Origin: Eledone cirrhosa | Taxonomy: Eukaryota | Assembly (NCBI GenBank): GCA_964016885.1 | Contig: OZ024756.1 | Span: 11,470,001 to 11,534,000 of the forward strand | Direction of reading: 5' to 3' | DNA: 64,000 bases | Shown: positions 37,781 through 52,364 of the stretch, piece after piece | How the letters are laid out: each line of letters begins with the position of its first letter | How positions within the stretch are numbered: position 1 is the first letter of the stretch | Position numbers and translations under genes: made by a program | The notes under the pieces: model-generated | What the model was told of the DNA's origin: nothing | Database searches by the model: none | Seen by the model: the letters and a program-made list of their open reading frames with translations, nothing else

Positions 37781-38271
37781 GATGTTCTGGATAAAATAAA
37801 GTTGAGCTTTTTAATAAAATCAACTTTGATCTTTCTCTCTCTCCCCCTCCCCACTTCTCTATCTCCCGTCTCTTTCTTTCTCTCTCTACCCCTCTCTCCC
37901 TCTCCACTTCTCTCTACCTCCCACCTCTCTCTCAACAGGAAACCACTGATTCAGCATAGTTTTCTTTTAATTTATATTTTACACAGAAAAGCCACCAGTG
38001 GCTGCAAGTGGTATTATATGTTCCAATATTTAGATTACAACAAAGTAGCTTCTATGTAGTTTGTTAGTTTTGAGAAAGAAAAAAAAAGGGAGGAACAAAT
38101 TAAAATTATAATATGTAACTAAATACATAATGATTGTGTTATGTTTAAATTTTTATTTTAGCCACAGTTTAAAGTGTTTTAAAATCAACCTTACCTTACA
38201 GGTTTTATTTAATTTTCAACTGGATTATTTTTCAACCTCCTTCAATGTATTGTTTCACATATACTTGTAGA

Positions 38272-38490
38272 TTATCATCATCATCATCATCATCATTATA
38301 TGTCTATTTTCCTTGCCTAGGTTAGTTAGGCTGTCATGTTTTGGGACTAGACTGGACAAGTGACCACGTCTTGTTCATGCATTCCATTTTTTTGGCGTTG
38401 TTTCAATGACTGGATGTCCTTCCTAATGCCAACTACTTTACAATATTTACTGGGAGAGAATTTTATCATGGTACCAGCACCAACAGAGTG
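38272..38490 (-). mobile_element. Degenerate RTE-type 3' tail
   Basis: (ATC)n tail and CTGGATGTCCTTCCTAATGCCAAC, reverse of the RTE/SINE-B tail motif. Confidence 0.7.
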
Positions 38491-39420
38491 GACTGGGTGC
38501 TTTTTATCATTGCACCAGCACTACCCCCTTGCAGGTAGGACAGGGTGCTTTTTATCATTGCACCAGCACTACCCCCTTACATGTAGGACTGGGTGCTTTT
38601 TATCATTGCACCAGCACTACCCCCTTGCAGGTAGGACAGGGTGCTTTTTATCATTGCACCAGCACTACCCCCTTACATGTAGGACTGGGTGCTTTTTATC
38701 ATTGCACCAGCACTACCCCCTTACAGGTAGGACTGGGTGCTTTTTATCATTGCACCAGCACTACCCCTTACATGTAGGACTGGGTGCTTTTTATCATTGC
38801 ACCAGCACTACCCCCTTACAGGTAGGAATGGGTGCTTTTTATCATTGCACCAGCACTATCCCCTTACATGTAGGACTGGGTGCTTTTTATCATTGCACCA
38901 GCACTATCCCCTTACAGGTAGGACTGGGTGCTTTTTATCATTGCACCAGCACTATCCCCTTACATGTAGGACTGGGTGCTTCTTATCATTGCACCAGCAC
39001 TATCCCCTTACAGGTAGGACTGGGTGCTTTTTATCATTGCACCAGCACTATCCCCTTACAGGTAGGACTGGGTGCTTTTTATCATTGCACCAGCACTACC
39101 CCTTACATGTAGGACTGGATGCTTTTTATCATTGCACCAGCACTACCTCCTTACAGGTAGGAATGGGTGCTTTTTATCATTGCACCAGCACTACCCCCTT
39201 ACAGGTAGGAATGGGTGCTTTTTATCATTGCACCAGCACTACCCCCTTACAGGTAGGAATGGGTGCTTTTCATCATTGCACCAGCACTATCCCCTTACAG
39301 GTAGGACTGGGTGCTTTTTATCATTGCACCAGCACTATCCCCTTACAGGTAGGACTGGGTGCTTTTTATCATTGCACCAGCACTACCCCTTTACAGGTAG
39401 GACTGGGTGCTTTTTATCCT
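38491..39420. repeat. 48-bp minisatellite (~19 copies)
   Basis: Unit GACTGGGTGCTTTTTATCATTGCACCAGCACTACCCCCTTACAGGTAG. Confidence 0.95.
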
Positions 39421-39636
39421 TGAGTGCCAAAAAATCTACAGGTATAAATTTTACTCCCCACAGCTTGTGTGCAGAAGACATATTGGTATGATTTAGTTTT
39501 AGTTTGTGAATCACTGGGCTAAACAAAAGTAATCAAACAAAATTGGATGAAAATCTCTCTGATATTTATTTTATTACAAACAACTCTGACCAAACCAATA
39601 AATGACAAATGTTGAATAAAGTGAATAATCTTGTAA

Positions 39637-39834
39637 CCCTTTAGCATTTAAACCAGCCATATCAGACCAGAATACTCTCACCTTTTTCTGTTCCAACTGG
39701 CTGTAACTGTCCACTCATTCTGATGTTAAGGTATTGTTCTCAAAATAGATATCAAAATCTCATAGATTTGATATTATAAAGCCTTTACCACAAAAATACA
39801 ATAGTATATATAGAGTAATGTAAATGCTAAAGGG
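39637..39834. mobile_element. piggyBac-like MITE P1, compact copy
   Basis: Perfect 14-bp TIR CCCTTTAGCATTTA; GTAA/TTAA flanks. Confidence 0.88.
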
Positions 39835-39869
39835 TTAATGTTTTTGAAGGGCTTTAGTCTCAACACACA

Positions 39870-42800
39870 ATCTCAGATCAAGTCACTTGCCAAACATGTA
39901 CAACTGTGGCAACAGTCTCAGATCAAGTCACCTGTCAGACATGTACAACTGTGGCAACAGTCTCAGATCAAGTCAGTTGCCAGACATGTACAACTGTGGC
40001 AACAGTCTCAAATCAAGTCACTTGCCAAACATGTACAACTGTGGCAACAGTCTCAAATCAAGTCATCTGCCAGAAATGTACAACTGTGGCAACAGTCTCA
40101 GATCAAGTCACTTGCCAAACATGTACAACTGTGGCAACAGTCTCAAATCAAGTCACTTGCCAAACATGTACAACTGTGGCAACAGTCTCAAATCAAGTCA
40201 TCTGCCAGAAATGTACAACTGTGGCAACAGTCTCAGATCAAGTCACTTGCCAAACATGTACAACTGTGGCAACAGTCTCAAATCAAGTCACTTGCCAAAC
40301 ATGTACAACTGTGGCAACAGTCTCAGATCAAGTCACTTGCCAAACATGTACAACTGTGGCAACAGTCTCAAATCAAGTCACTTGCCAAACATGTACAACT
40401 GTGGCAACAGTCTCAGATCAAGTCATCTGCCAAACATGTACAACTGTGGCAACAGTCTCAGATCAAGTTACTTGCCAAACATGTACAACTGTGGCAACAG
40501 TCTCAGATCAAGTCACCTGCCAAACATGTACAACTGTGGCAACAGTCTCAGATCAAGTCACTTGCCAAACATGTACAACTGTGGCAACAGTCTCAGATCA
40601 AGTCACTTGCCAAACATGTACAACTGTGGCAACAGTCTCAGATCAAGTCATCTGCCAGAAATGTACAACTGTGGCAACAGTCTCAGATCAAGTCAGTTGC
40701 CAGACATGTACAACTGTGGCAACAGTCTCAGATCAAGTCAGTTGCCAAACATGTACAACTGTGGCAACAGTCTCAGATCAAGTCACTTGCCAAACATGTA
40801 CAACTGTGGCAACAGTCTCAGATCAAGTCACTTGCCAAACATGTACAACTGTGGCAACAGTCTCAGATCAAGTCATCTGCCAGAAATGTACAACTGTGGC
40901 AACAGTCTCAGATCAAGTCACTTGCCAAACATGTACAACTGTGGCAACAGTCTCAGATCAAGTCACTTGCCAGACATGTACAACTGTGGCAACAGTCTCA
41001 GATCAAGTCAGTTGCCAAACATGTACAACTGTGGCAACAGTCTCAGATCAAGTCACTTACCAGACATGTACAACTGTGGCAACAGTCTCAGATCAAGTCA
41101 GTTGCCAAACATGTACAACTGTGGCAACAGTCTCAGATCAAGTCACTTGCCAAACATGTACAACTGTGGCAACAGTCTCAGATCAAGTCAGTTGCCAAAC
41201 ATGTACAACTGTGGCAACAGTCTCAGATCAAGTCATCTGCCAGAAATGTACAACTGTGGCAACAGTCTCAGATCAAGTCACTTGCCAAACATGTACAACT
41301 GTGGCAACAGTCTCAGATCAAGTCACTTGCCAGACATGTACAACTGTGGCAACAGTCTCAGATCAAGTCAGTTGCCAAACATGTACAACTGTGGCAACAG
41401 TCTCAGATCAAGTCACTTGCCAGACATGTACAACTGTGGCAACAGTCTCAGATCAAGTCAGTTGCCAAACATGTACAACTGTGGCAACAGTCTCAGATCA
41501 AGTCATCTGCCAGAAATGTACAACTGTGGCAACAGTCTCAGATCAAGTCAGTTGCCAGAAATGTACAACTGTGGCAACAGTCTCAGATCAAGTCAGTTGC
41601 CAAACATGTACAACTGTGGCAACAGTCTCAGATCAAGTCACTTGCCAGACATGTACAACTGTGGCAACAGTCTCAGATCAAGTCATCTGCCAGACATGTA
41701 CAACTGTGGCAACAGTCTCAGATCAAGTCACTTGCCAGAAATGTACAACTGTGGCAACAGTCTCAGATCAAGTCAGTTGCCAAACATGTACAACTGTGGC
41801 AACAGTCTCAGATCAAGTCAGTTGCCAGACATGTACAACTGTGGCAACAGTCTCAGATCAAGTCAGTTGCCAGAAATGTACAACTGTGGCAACAGTCTCA
41901 GATCAAGTCAGTTGCCAGAAATGTACAACTGTGGCAACAGTCTCAGATCAAGTCAGTTGCCAAACATGTACAACTGTGGCAACAGTCTCAGATCAAGTCA
42001 CTTGCCAGACATGTACAACTGTGGCAACAGTCTCAGATCAAGTCATCTGCCAGACATGTACAACTGTGGCAACAGTCTCAGATCAAGTCAGTTGCCAAAC
42101 ATGTACAACTGTGGCAACAGTCTCAGATCAAGTCACTTGCCAGACATGTACAACTGTGGCAACAGTCTCAGATCAAGTCACTTGCCAAACATGTACAACT
42201 GTGGCAACAGTCTCAGATCAAGTCACTTGCCAGACATGTACAACTGTGGCAACAGTCTCAGATCAAGTCACTTGCCAGACATGTACAACTGTGGCAACAG
42301 TCTCAGATCAAGTCACTTGCCAAACATGTACAACTGTGGCAACAGTCTCAGATCAAGTCACTTGCCAGAAATGTACAACTGTGGCAACAGTCTCAGATCA
42401 AGTCACTTGCCAGAAATGTACAACTGTGGCAACAGTCTCAGATCAAGTCACTTGCCAAACATGTACAACTGTGGCAACAGTCTCAGATCAAGTCACTTGC
42501 CAGAAATGTACAACTGTGGCAACAGTCTCAGATCAAGTCACTTGCCAGAAATGTACAACTGTGGCAACAGTCTCAGATCAAGTCACTTGCCAGAAATGTA
42601 CAACTGTGGCAACAGTCTCAGATCAAGTCACTTGCCAAACATGTACAACTGTGGCAACAGTCTCAGATCAAGTCACTTGCCAGAAATGTACAACTGTGGC
42701 AACAGTCTCAGATCAAGTCACTTGCCAGAAATGTACAACTGTGGCAACAGTCTCAGATCAAGTCACTTGCCAGAAATGTACAACTGTGGCAACAGTCTCA

Positions 42801-45715
42801 GATCAAGTCACTTGCCAAACATGTACAACTGTGGCAACAGTCTCAGATCAAGTCACTTGCCAAACATGTACAACTGTGGCAACAGTCTCAGATCAAGTCA
42901 CTTGCCAGAAATGTACAACTGTGGCAACAGTCTCAGATCAAGTCACTTGCCAGAAATGTACAACTGTGGCAACAGTCTCAGATCAAGTCACTTGCCAAAC
43001 ATGTACAACTGTGGCAACAGTCTCAGATCAAGTCACTTGCCAGAAATGTACAACTGTGGCAACAGTCTCAGATCAAGTCACTTGCCAGAAATGTACAACT
43101 GTGGCAACAGTCTCAGATCAAGTCACTTGCCAGAAATGTACAACTGTGGCAACAGTCTCAGATCAAGTCATCTGCCAGACATGTACAACTGTGGCAACAG
43201 TCTCAGATCAAGTCAGTTGCCAAACATGTACAACTGTGGCAACAGTCTCAGATCAAGTCACTTGCCAGACATGTACAACTGTGGCAACAGTCTCAGATCA
43301 AGTCAGTTGCCAAACATGTACAACTGTGGCAACAGTCTCAGATCAAGTCACTTGCCAGACATGTACAACTGTGGCAACAGTCTCAGATCAAGTCAGTTGC
43401 CAGACATGTACAACTGTGGCAACAGTCTCAGATCAAGTCAGTTGCCAAACATGTACAACTGTGGCAACAGTCTCAGATCAAGTCACTTGCCAGACATGTA
43501 CAACTGTGGCAACAGTCTCAGATCAAGTCAGTTGCCAAACATGTACAACTGTGGCAACAGTCTCAGATCAAGTCATCTGTCAGACATGTACAACTGTGGC
43601 AACAGTCTCAGATCAAGTCAGTTGCCAGAAATGTACAACTGTGGCAACAGTCTCAGATCAAGTCAGTTGCCAGACATGTACAACTGTGGCAACAGTCTCA
43701 GATCAAGTCAGTTGCCAGAAATGTACAACTGTGGCAACAGTCTCAGATCAAGTCACTTGCCAAACATGTACAACTGTGGCAACAGTCTCAGATCAAGTCA
43801 CTTGCCAAACATGTACAACTGTGGCAACAGTCTCAGATCAAGTCACTTGCCAAACATGTACAACTGTGGAAACAGTCTCAGATCAAGTCAGTTGCCAGAC
43901 ATGTACAACTGTGGCAACAGTCTCAGATCAAGTCAGTTGCCAAACATGTACAACTGTGGCAACAGTCTCAGATCAAGTCACTTGCCAGACATGTACAACT
44001 GTGGCAACAGTCTCAGATCAAGTCAGTTGCCAAACATGTACAACTGTGGCAACAGTCTCAGATCAAGTCATCTGTCAGACATGTACAACTGTGGCAACAG
44101 TCTCAGATCAAGTCAGTTGCCAGAAATGTACAACTGTGGCAACAGTCTCAGATCAAGTCAGTTGCCAGACATGTACAACTGTGGCAACAGTCTCAGATCA
44201 AGTCAGTTGCCAGAAATGTACAACTGTGGCAACAGTCTCAGATCAAGTCACTTGCCAAACATGTACAACTGTGGCAACAGTCTCAGATCAAGTCACTTGC
44301 CAAACATGTACAACTGTGGCAACAGTCTCAGATCAAGTCACTTGCCAAACATGTACAACTGTGGCAACAGTCTCAGATCAAGTCAGTTGCCAAACATGTA
44401 CAACTGTGGCAACAGTCTCAGATCAAGTCACTTGCCAGAAATGTACAACTGTGGCAACAGTCTCAGATCAAGTCACTTGCCAAACATGTACAACTGTGGC
44501 AACAGTCTCAGATCAAGTCATCTGCCAGAAATGTACAACTGTGGCAACAGTCTCAGATCAAGTCACTTGCCAAACATGTACAACTGTGGCAACAGTCTCA
44601 GATCAAGTCAGTTGCCAGACATGTACAACTGTGGCAACAGTCTCAGATCAAGTCAGTTGCCAAACATGTACAACTGTGGAAACAGTCTCAGATCAAGTCA
44701 CTTGCCAAACATGTACAACTGTGGCAACAGTCTCAGATCAAGTCACTTGCCAAACATGTACAACTGTGGCAACAGTCTCAGATCAAGTCACTTGCCAGAC
44801 ATGTACAACTGTGGCAACAGTCTCAGATCAAGTCACTTGCCAAACATGTACAACTGTGGCAACAGTCTCAGATCAAGTCATCTGCCAGAAATGTACAACT
44901 GTGGCAACAGTCTCAGATCAAGTCACTTGCCAGAAATGTACAACTGTGGCAACAGTCTCAGATCAAGTCACTTGCCAGAAATGTACAACTGTGGCAACAG
45001 TCTCAGATCAAGTCACTTGCCAAACATGTACAACTGTGGCAACAGTCTCAGATCAAGTCACTTGCCAAACATGTACAACTGTGGCAACAGTCTCAGATCA
45101 AGTCACTTGCCAAACATGTACAACTGTGGCAACAGTCTCAGATCAAGTCAGTTGCCAAACATGTACAACTGTGGCAACAGTCTCAGATCAAGTCACTTGC
45201 CAGAAATGTACAACTGTGGCAACAGTCTCAGATCAAGTCATCTGCCAGAAATGTACAACTGTGGCAACAGTCTCAGATCAAGTCATCTGTCAGACATGTA
45301 CAACTGTGGCAACAGTCTCAGATCAAGTCAGTTGCCAGACATGTACAACCGTGGCAACAGTTTTAGATCAAGTCATCTGTCAGACATGTACAACTGTGGC
45401 AACAGTCTCAGATCAAGTCAGTTGCCAGACATGTACAACTGTGGCAACAGTTTTAGATCAAGTCATCTGTCAGACATGTACAACTGTGGCAACAGTTTTA
45501 GATCAAGTCATCTGTCAGACATGTACAACTGTGGCAACAGTCTCAGATCAAGTCATATGGTAGACATGTACAACTGTGGCAGCAGTCTTAGATGAAGTCA
45601 TCTGCCAGCCATGTACAACTGTGGCAACAGTCTCAAATCAAGTCATCTGCTAGACATGTACAACTGTGGCTAAAATGGCAGTCTCAGTCTCAGTCTAAGT
45701 CACTTGCCAGACAAG
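39870..45715. repeat. 45-bp minisatellite array (~129 copies)
   Basis: Unit TCTCAGATCAAGTCA(CT/GT/TC)TGCCA(A/G)A(C/A)ATGTACAACTGTGGCAACAG. Confidence 0.97.
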
Positions 45716-46047
45716 TCAACCTCTGAAATATTTATTTACAGATGTTGAAGTACAGAATAGAGACTGATTGGTTTATTTTTGATAGAATTGACCACTGTGT
45801 ATCTGTGTGCGTGTCTGTCTGTCTGTGTGTATCTGTGTGTGTGTGCCTGTTCAGTAGCTCTTGTTAGAAGCAAAGCAAGATATCTTTCTCTAATATTTGT
45901 CTTGTCTGTATTTATGTCCCAGTAAAGCTTTTTACTCCACAAAGAAACAACAAATTAAAACTATGTGTAGACATATTAATCATATGTTTGTTTAAACCCA
46001 ATAGCTCTGGGAAGATGAAGATGAAAACACTTTTCTTTTTCAGTTTC

Positions 46048-46181
<134 letters not shown>

Positions 46182-46469
46182 CTACTAAATTCCTCTCTTT
46201 AAGTATTGTTATATCAGTTGTAAATTTGTTTAAACTCAAGTTGAAATGATCCAAAGTCAAGGAGGCATGTTCATATTGGATACAAACCAACCATCTTTGA
46301 TAAACTATTCATTTGAGAATCTGCAAAAAAGAATCTCTCTTCCACCCTCACCCCTTTGGTTTTTGATGAGAGATAGACAGATAGGTAGATAGATAGATAG
46401 ATATGTTTCTTTATTAGCTACAGGGGCACAAAAGAAGGGGACAAATACAAAGGGGGAAGATAGGCAGAT

Positions 46470-46500
<31 letters not shown>

Positions 46501-46799
46501 GTAGATAAGTAGATATAGTGATAGTAAAGATAAGACACAAACAAACACAGAATGAGAGGGTTAGACAGACTGAGAGAATGTGTGGTGGTGTTGGGACAGG
46601 ATGGAGGGGCTGGGGAAGAGTAGGAAGTGTTTGGTAATTTATGATGTTCACTTCAGTAATATTGAATGAAGAAATTCTGGAATTGATGGCAGATTAATTG
46701 TATGGATCGGAATTATTTTGATTCTTATTTTTCTTCAGCCAACTCCACAGAACCAACATTCTTCCAAAACAGCTTCACTTTCACATTCATTACATTATT

Positions 46800-47364
46800 G
46801 GTAGATTGGCAGTATCAGTAGAGGGTCGGATGCCATGCTTTGATGCATAGAGTTACGGCCCTTGCCATTCTGAGTTCAAATCCAGCTGAGGTTAACTTTG
46901 CCTTTCATCCTTACAGGGTCGATAAAAGAAAGTACCAGTAATGCACTGGGGTGATTGCTGGCCTTGTGCCTAAAGTAGAAACAATTATTACGGACTGAGT
47001 TCAAATCCAGCTGAGGTTAACTTTGCCTTTCATCCTTACGGGGTCGATAAAAGAAAGTACCAGTAATGCACTGGGGTGATTGCTGGCCTTGTGCCTAAAG
47101 TAGAAACAATTATTACGGACTGAGTTCAAATCCAGCCGAGGTTAACTTTGCCTTTCATCCTTACAGGGTCGATAAAAGAAAGTACCAGTAATGCACTGGG
47201 GTGATTGCTGGCCTTGTGCCTAAAGTAGAAACAATTATTACGGACTGAGTTCAAATCCAGCCGAGGTTAACTTTGCCTTTCATCCTTACAGGGTCGATAA
47301 AATAAAATACCAGTAATGCACTGGGGGTCATTGCTGGCCTTGTGCCTAAAGTAGAAACAATTAT
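46800..47364 (+). mobile_element. SINE family A with its 3' 125 bp tandemly repeated four times
   Basis: TGAGTTCAAATCC at 46871, 46996, 47121 and 47246. Confidence 0.92.
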
Positions 47365-47669
47365 TATTTAATATTTTTCTCTATAATATAGTTTCTACTT
47401 GTATCTGTACTTCAGTTACGTCATATTTTGTAAAGTACTCTTAGTTTGCTTGTGAATCAGAGGAGAGACATGTTAGATTCTGCTTTTTTTTTTCCTTTAT
47501 AAATAATGGTTAAGAGGTTTCAAATAGAATTTGTTAGAACTGGACAAGGATTCTTTTCAACTTTTTTTCTCTTTCTCTTTTTTTTTCTTTTTTTTTTTAT
47601 TTGTTTTTAATTTATAGAATTTTTTAGTTTTCATTTTCATTAGTTTATCCATCATAAGCATTAAGTTTT

Positions 47670-50600
47670 TCCTCCTCCTCCAGTAGATATGTCTAGTATA
47701 TCTTAACCTAGAGTATGGTGCCAGTGTCCTGGAGTTTCCTCCTCCAGTAGATATGTCTAGTATATCTTAACCTAGAGTATGGTGCCAGTGTCCTAGAGTT
47801 TCCTCCTCCAGTAGATATGTCTAGTATATCTTAACCTAGAGTATGGTGCCAGTGTCCTAGAGTTTCCTCCTCCAGTAGATATGTCTAGTATATCTTAACC
47901 TAGAGTATGGTGCCAGTGTCCTGGAGTTTCCTCCCCCAGTAGATATGTCTAGTATATCTTAACCTAGAGTATGGTGCCAGTGTCCTGGAGTTTCCTCATC
48001 CAGTAGATATGTCTAGTATATCTTAACCTAGAGTATGGTGCCAGTGTCCTGGAGTTTCCTCCTCCAGTAGATATGTCTAGTATATCTTAACCTAGAGTAT
48101 GGTGCCAGTGTCCTAGAGTTTCGTCCTCCAGTAGATATGTCTAGTATATCTTAACCTAGAGTATGGTGCCAGTGTCCTAGAGTTTCCTCCTCCAGTAGAT
48201 ATGTCTAGTATATCTTAACCTAGAGTATGGTGCCAGTGTCCTAGAGTTTCCTCCTCCAGTAGATATGTCTAGTATATCTTAACCTAGAGTATGGTGCCAG
48301 TGTCCTGGAGTTTCCTCCTCCAGTAGATATGTCTAGTATATCTTAACCTAGAGTATGGTGCCAGTGTCCTGGAGTTTCCTCCCCAGTAAATATGTCTAGT
48401 ATATCTTAACCTAGAGTATGGTCCCAATGTCCTGGAGTTTCCTCCTCCAGTAGATATGTCTAGTATATCTTAACCTAGAGTATGGTGCCAGTGTCCTGGA
48501 GTTTCCTCCTCCAGTAGAAATGTCTAGTATATCTTAACCTAGAGTATGGTGCCAGTGTCCTGGAGTTTCCTCCTCCAGTAGATATGTCTAGTATATCTTA
48601 ACCTAGAGTATGGTGCCAGTGTCCTAGAGTTTCCTCCCCCAGTAGATATGTCTAGTATATCTTAACCTAGAGTATGGTGCCAGTGTCCTGGAGTTTCCTC
48701 CTCCAGTAGATATGTCTAGTATATCTTAACCTAGAGTATGGTGCCAGTGTCCTGGAGTTTCCTCCTCCAGTAGATATGTCTAGTATATCTTAACCTAGAG
48801 TATGGTGCCAGTGTCCTGGAGTTTCCTCCTCCAGTAGAAATGTCTAGTATATCTTAACCTAGAGTATGGTGCCAGTGTCCTGGAGTTTCCTCCTCCAGTA
48901 GATATGTCTAGTATATCTTAACCTAGAGTATGGTGCCAGTGTCCTGGAGTTTCCTCCTCCAGTAGATATGTCTAGTATATCTTAACCTAGAGTATGGTGC
49001 CAGTGTCCTGGAGTTTCCTCCTCCAGTAGATATGTCTAGTATATCTTAACCTAGAGTATGGTGCCAGTGTCCTGGAGTTTCCTCCTCCAGTAGAAATGTC
49101 TAGTATATCTTAACCTAGAGTATGGTGCCAGTGTCCTGGAGTTTCCTCCTCCAGTAGATATGTCTAGTATATCTTAACCTAGAGTATGGTGCCAGTGTCC
49201 TAGAGTTTCCTCCTCCAGTAGAAATGTCTAGTATATCTTAACCTAGAGTATGGTGCCAGTGTCCTAGAGTTTCCTCCCCCAGTAGATATGTCTAGTATAT
49301 CTTAACCTAGAGTATGGTGCCAGTGTCCTGGAGTTTCCTCCTCCAGTAGATATGTCTAGTATATCTTAACCTAGAGTATGGTGCCAGTGTCCTGGAGTTT
49401 CCTCCTCCAGTAGATATGTCTAGTATATCTTAACCTAGAGTATGGTGCCAGTGTCCTGGAGTTTCCTCCTCCAGTAGAAATGTCTAGTATATCTTAACCT
49501 AGAGTATGGTGCCAGTGTCCTGGAGTTTCCTCCTCCAGTAGATATGTCTAGTATATCTTAACCTAGAGTATGGTGCCAGTGTCCTGGAGTTTCCTCCTCC
49601 AGTAGAAATGTCTAGTATATCTTAACCTAGAGTATGGTGCCAGTGTCCTGGAGTTTCCTCCTCCAGTAGATATGTCTAGTATATCTTAACCTAGAGTATG
49701 GTGCCAGTGTCCTGGAGTTTCCTCCTCCAGTAGATATGTCTAGTATATCTTAACCTAGAGTATGGTGCCAGTGTCCTGGAGTTTCCTCCTCCAGTAGATA
49801 TGTCTAGTATATCTTAACCTAGAGTATGGTGCCAGTGTCCTGGAGTTTCCTCCTCCAGTAGATATGTCTAGTATATCTTAACCTAGAGTATGGTGCCAGT
49901 GTCCTGGAGTTTCCTCCTCCAGTAGAAATGTCTAGTATATCTTAACCTAGAGTATGGTGCCAGTGTCCTGGAGTTTCCTCCTCCAGTAGATATGTCTAGT
50001 ATATCTTAACCTAGAGTATGGTGCCAGTGTCCTAGAGTTTCCTCCTCCAGTAGAAATGTCTAGTATATCTTAACCTAGAGTATGGTGCCAGTGTCCTAGA
50101 GTTTCCTCCCCCAGTAGATATGTCTAGTATATCTTAACCTAGAGTATGGTGCCAGTGTCCTGGAGTTTCCTCCTCCAGTAGATATGTCTAGTATATCTTA
50201 ACCTAGAGTATGGTGCCAGTGTCCTGGAGTTTCCTCCTCCAGTAGATATGTCTAGTATATCTTAACCTAGAGTATGGTGCCAGTGTCCTGGAGTTTCCTC
50301 CTCCAGTAGAAATGTCTAGTATATCTTAACCTAGAGTATGGTGCCAGTGTCCTGGAGTTTCCTCCTCCAGTAGATATGTCTAGTATATCTTAACCTAGAG
50401 TATGGTGCCAGTGTCCTGGAGTTTCCTCCTCCAGTAGAAATGTCTAGTATATCTTAACCTAGAGTATGGTGCCAGTGTCCTGGAGTTTCCTCCTCCAGTA
50501 GATATGTCTAGTATATCTTAACCTAGAGTATGGTGCCAGTGTCCTGGAGTTTCCTCCTCCAGTAGAAATGTCTAGTATATCTTAACCTAGAGTATGGTGC

Positions 50601-52265
50601 CAGTGTCCTGGAGTTTCCTCCTCCAGTAGATATGTCTAGTATATCTTAACCTAGAGTATGGTGCCAGTGTCCTGGAGTTTCCTCCTCCAGTAGAAATGTC
50701 TAGTATATCTTAACCTAGAGTATGGTGCCAGTGTCCTGGAGTTTCCTCCTCCAGTAGATATGTCTAGTATATCTTAACCTAGAGTATGGTGCCAGTGTCC
50801 TGGAGTTTCCTCCCCCAGTAGATATGTCTAGTATATCTTAACCTAGAGTATGGTGCCAGTGTCCTGGAGTTTCCTCCTCCAGTAGATATGTCTAGTATAT
50901 CTTAACCTAGAGTATGGTGCCAGTGTCCTGGAGTTTCCTCCTCCAGTAGAAATGTCTAGTATATCTTAACCTAGAGTATGGTGCCAGTGTCCTGGAGTTT
51001 CCTCCTCCAGTAGATATGTCTAGTATATCTTAACCTAGAGTATGGTGCCAGTGTCCTGGAGTTTCCTCCTCCAGTAGATATGTCTAGTATATCTTAACCT
51101 AGAGTATGGTGCCAGTGTCCTAGAGTTTCCTCCTCCAGTAGATATGTCTAGTATATCTTAACCTAGAGTATGGTGCCAGTGTCCTGGAGTTTCCTCCTCC
51201 AGTAGATATGTCTAGTATATCTTAACCTAGAGTATGGTGCCAGTGTCCTGGAGTTTCCTCCCCCAGTAGATATGTCTAGTATATCTTAACCTAGAGTATG
51301 GTGCCAGTGTCCTAGAGTTTCCTCCTCCAGTAGATATGTCTAGTATATCTTAACCTAGAGTATGGTGCCAGTGTCCTGGAGTTTCCTCCTCCAGTAGATA
51401 TGTCTAGTATATCTTAACCTAGAGTATGGTGCCAGTGTCCTGGAGTTTCCTCCTCCAGTAGATATGTCTAGTATATCTTAACCTAGAGTATGGTGCCAGT
51501 GTCCTGGAGTTTCCTCCCCCAGTAGATATGTCTAGTATATCTTAACCTAGAGTATGGTGCCAGTGTCCTGGAGTTTCCTCCCCCAGTAGATATGTCTAGT
51601 ATATCTTAACCTAGAGTATGGTGCCAGTGTCCTGGAGTTTCCTCCTCCAGTAGATATGTCTAGTATATCTTAACCTAGAGTATGGTGCCAGTGTCCTGGA
51701 GTTTCCTCCTCCAGTAGATATGTCTAGTATATCTTAACCTAGAGTATGGTGCCAGTGTCCTAGAGTTTCCTCCTCCAGTAGATATGTCTAGTATATCTTA
51801 ACCTAGAGTATGGTGCCAGTGTCCTGGAGTTTCCTCCTCCAGTAGATATGTCTAGTATATCTTAACCTAGAGTATGGTGCCAGTGTCCTAGAGTTTCCTC
51901 CCCCAGTAGATATGTCTAGTATATCTTAACCTAGAGTATGGTGCCAGTGTCCTGGAGTTTCCTCCTCCAGTAGATATGTCTAGTATATCTTAACCTAGAG
52001 TATGGTGCCAGTGTCCTAGAGTTTCCTCCCCCAGTAGATATGTCTAGTATATCTTAACCTAGAGTATGGTGCCAGTGTCCTAGAGTTTCCTCCTCCAGTA
52101 GATATGTCTAGTATATCTTAACCTAGAGTATGGTGCCAGTGTCCTGGAGTTTCCTCCTCCAGTAGATATGTCTAGTATATCTTAACCTAGAGTATGGTGC
52201 CAGTGTCCTGGAGTTTCCTCCTCCAGTAGATATGTCTAGTATATCTTAACCTAGAGTTCCTGGAG
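47670..52265. repeat. 64-bp minisatellite array (~72 copies)
   Basis: Unit CCAGTAGATATGTCTAGTATATCTTAACCTAGAGTATGGTGCCAGTGTCCT(G/A)GAGTTTCCTCCT. Confidence 0.97.
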
Positions 52266-52364
52266 TTTTATGACGACTGGAAAGAATGAAAATTAAACCT
52301 ACATAACACAACAAAACTAAACTATGTAATACTGTACTATATGACCTGAGTGGTTGGACTGTTC

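Noticed and set aside
52255-52305. 64-bp array derived from a SINE A-like tail
   Set aside because: The flank only weakly resembles the reverse SINE core; not supportable by eye
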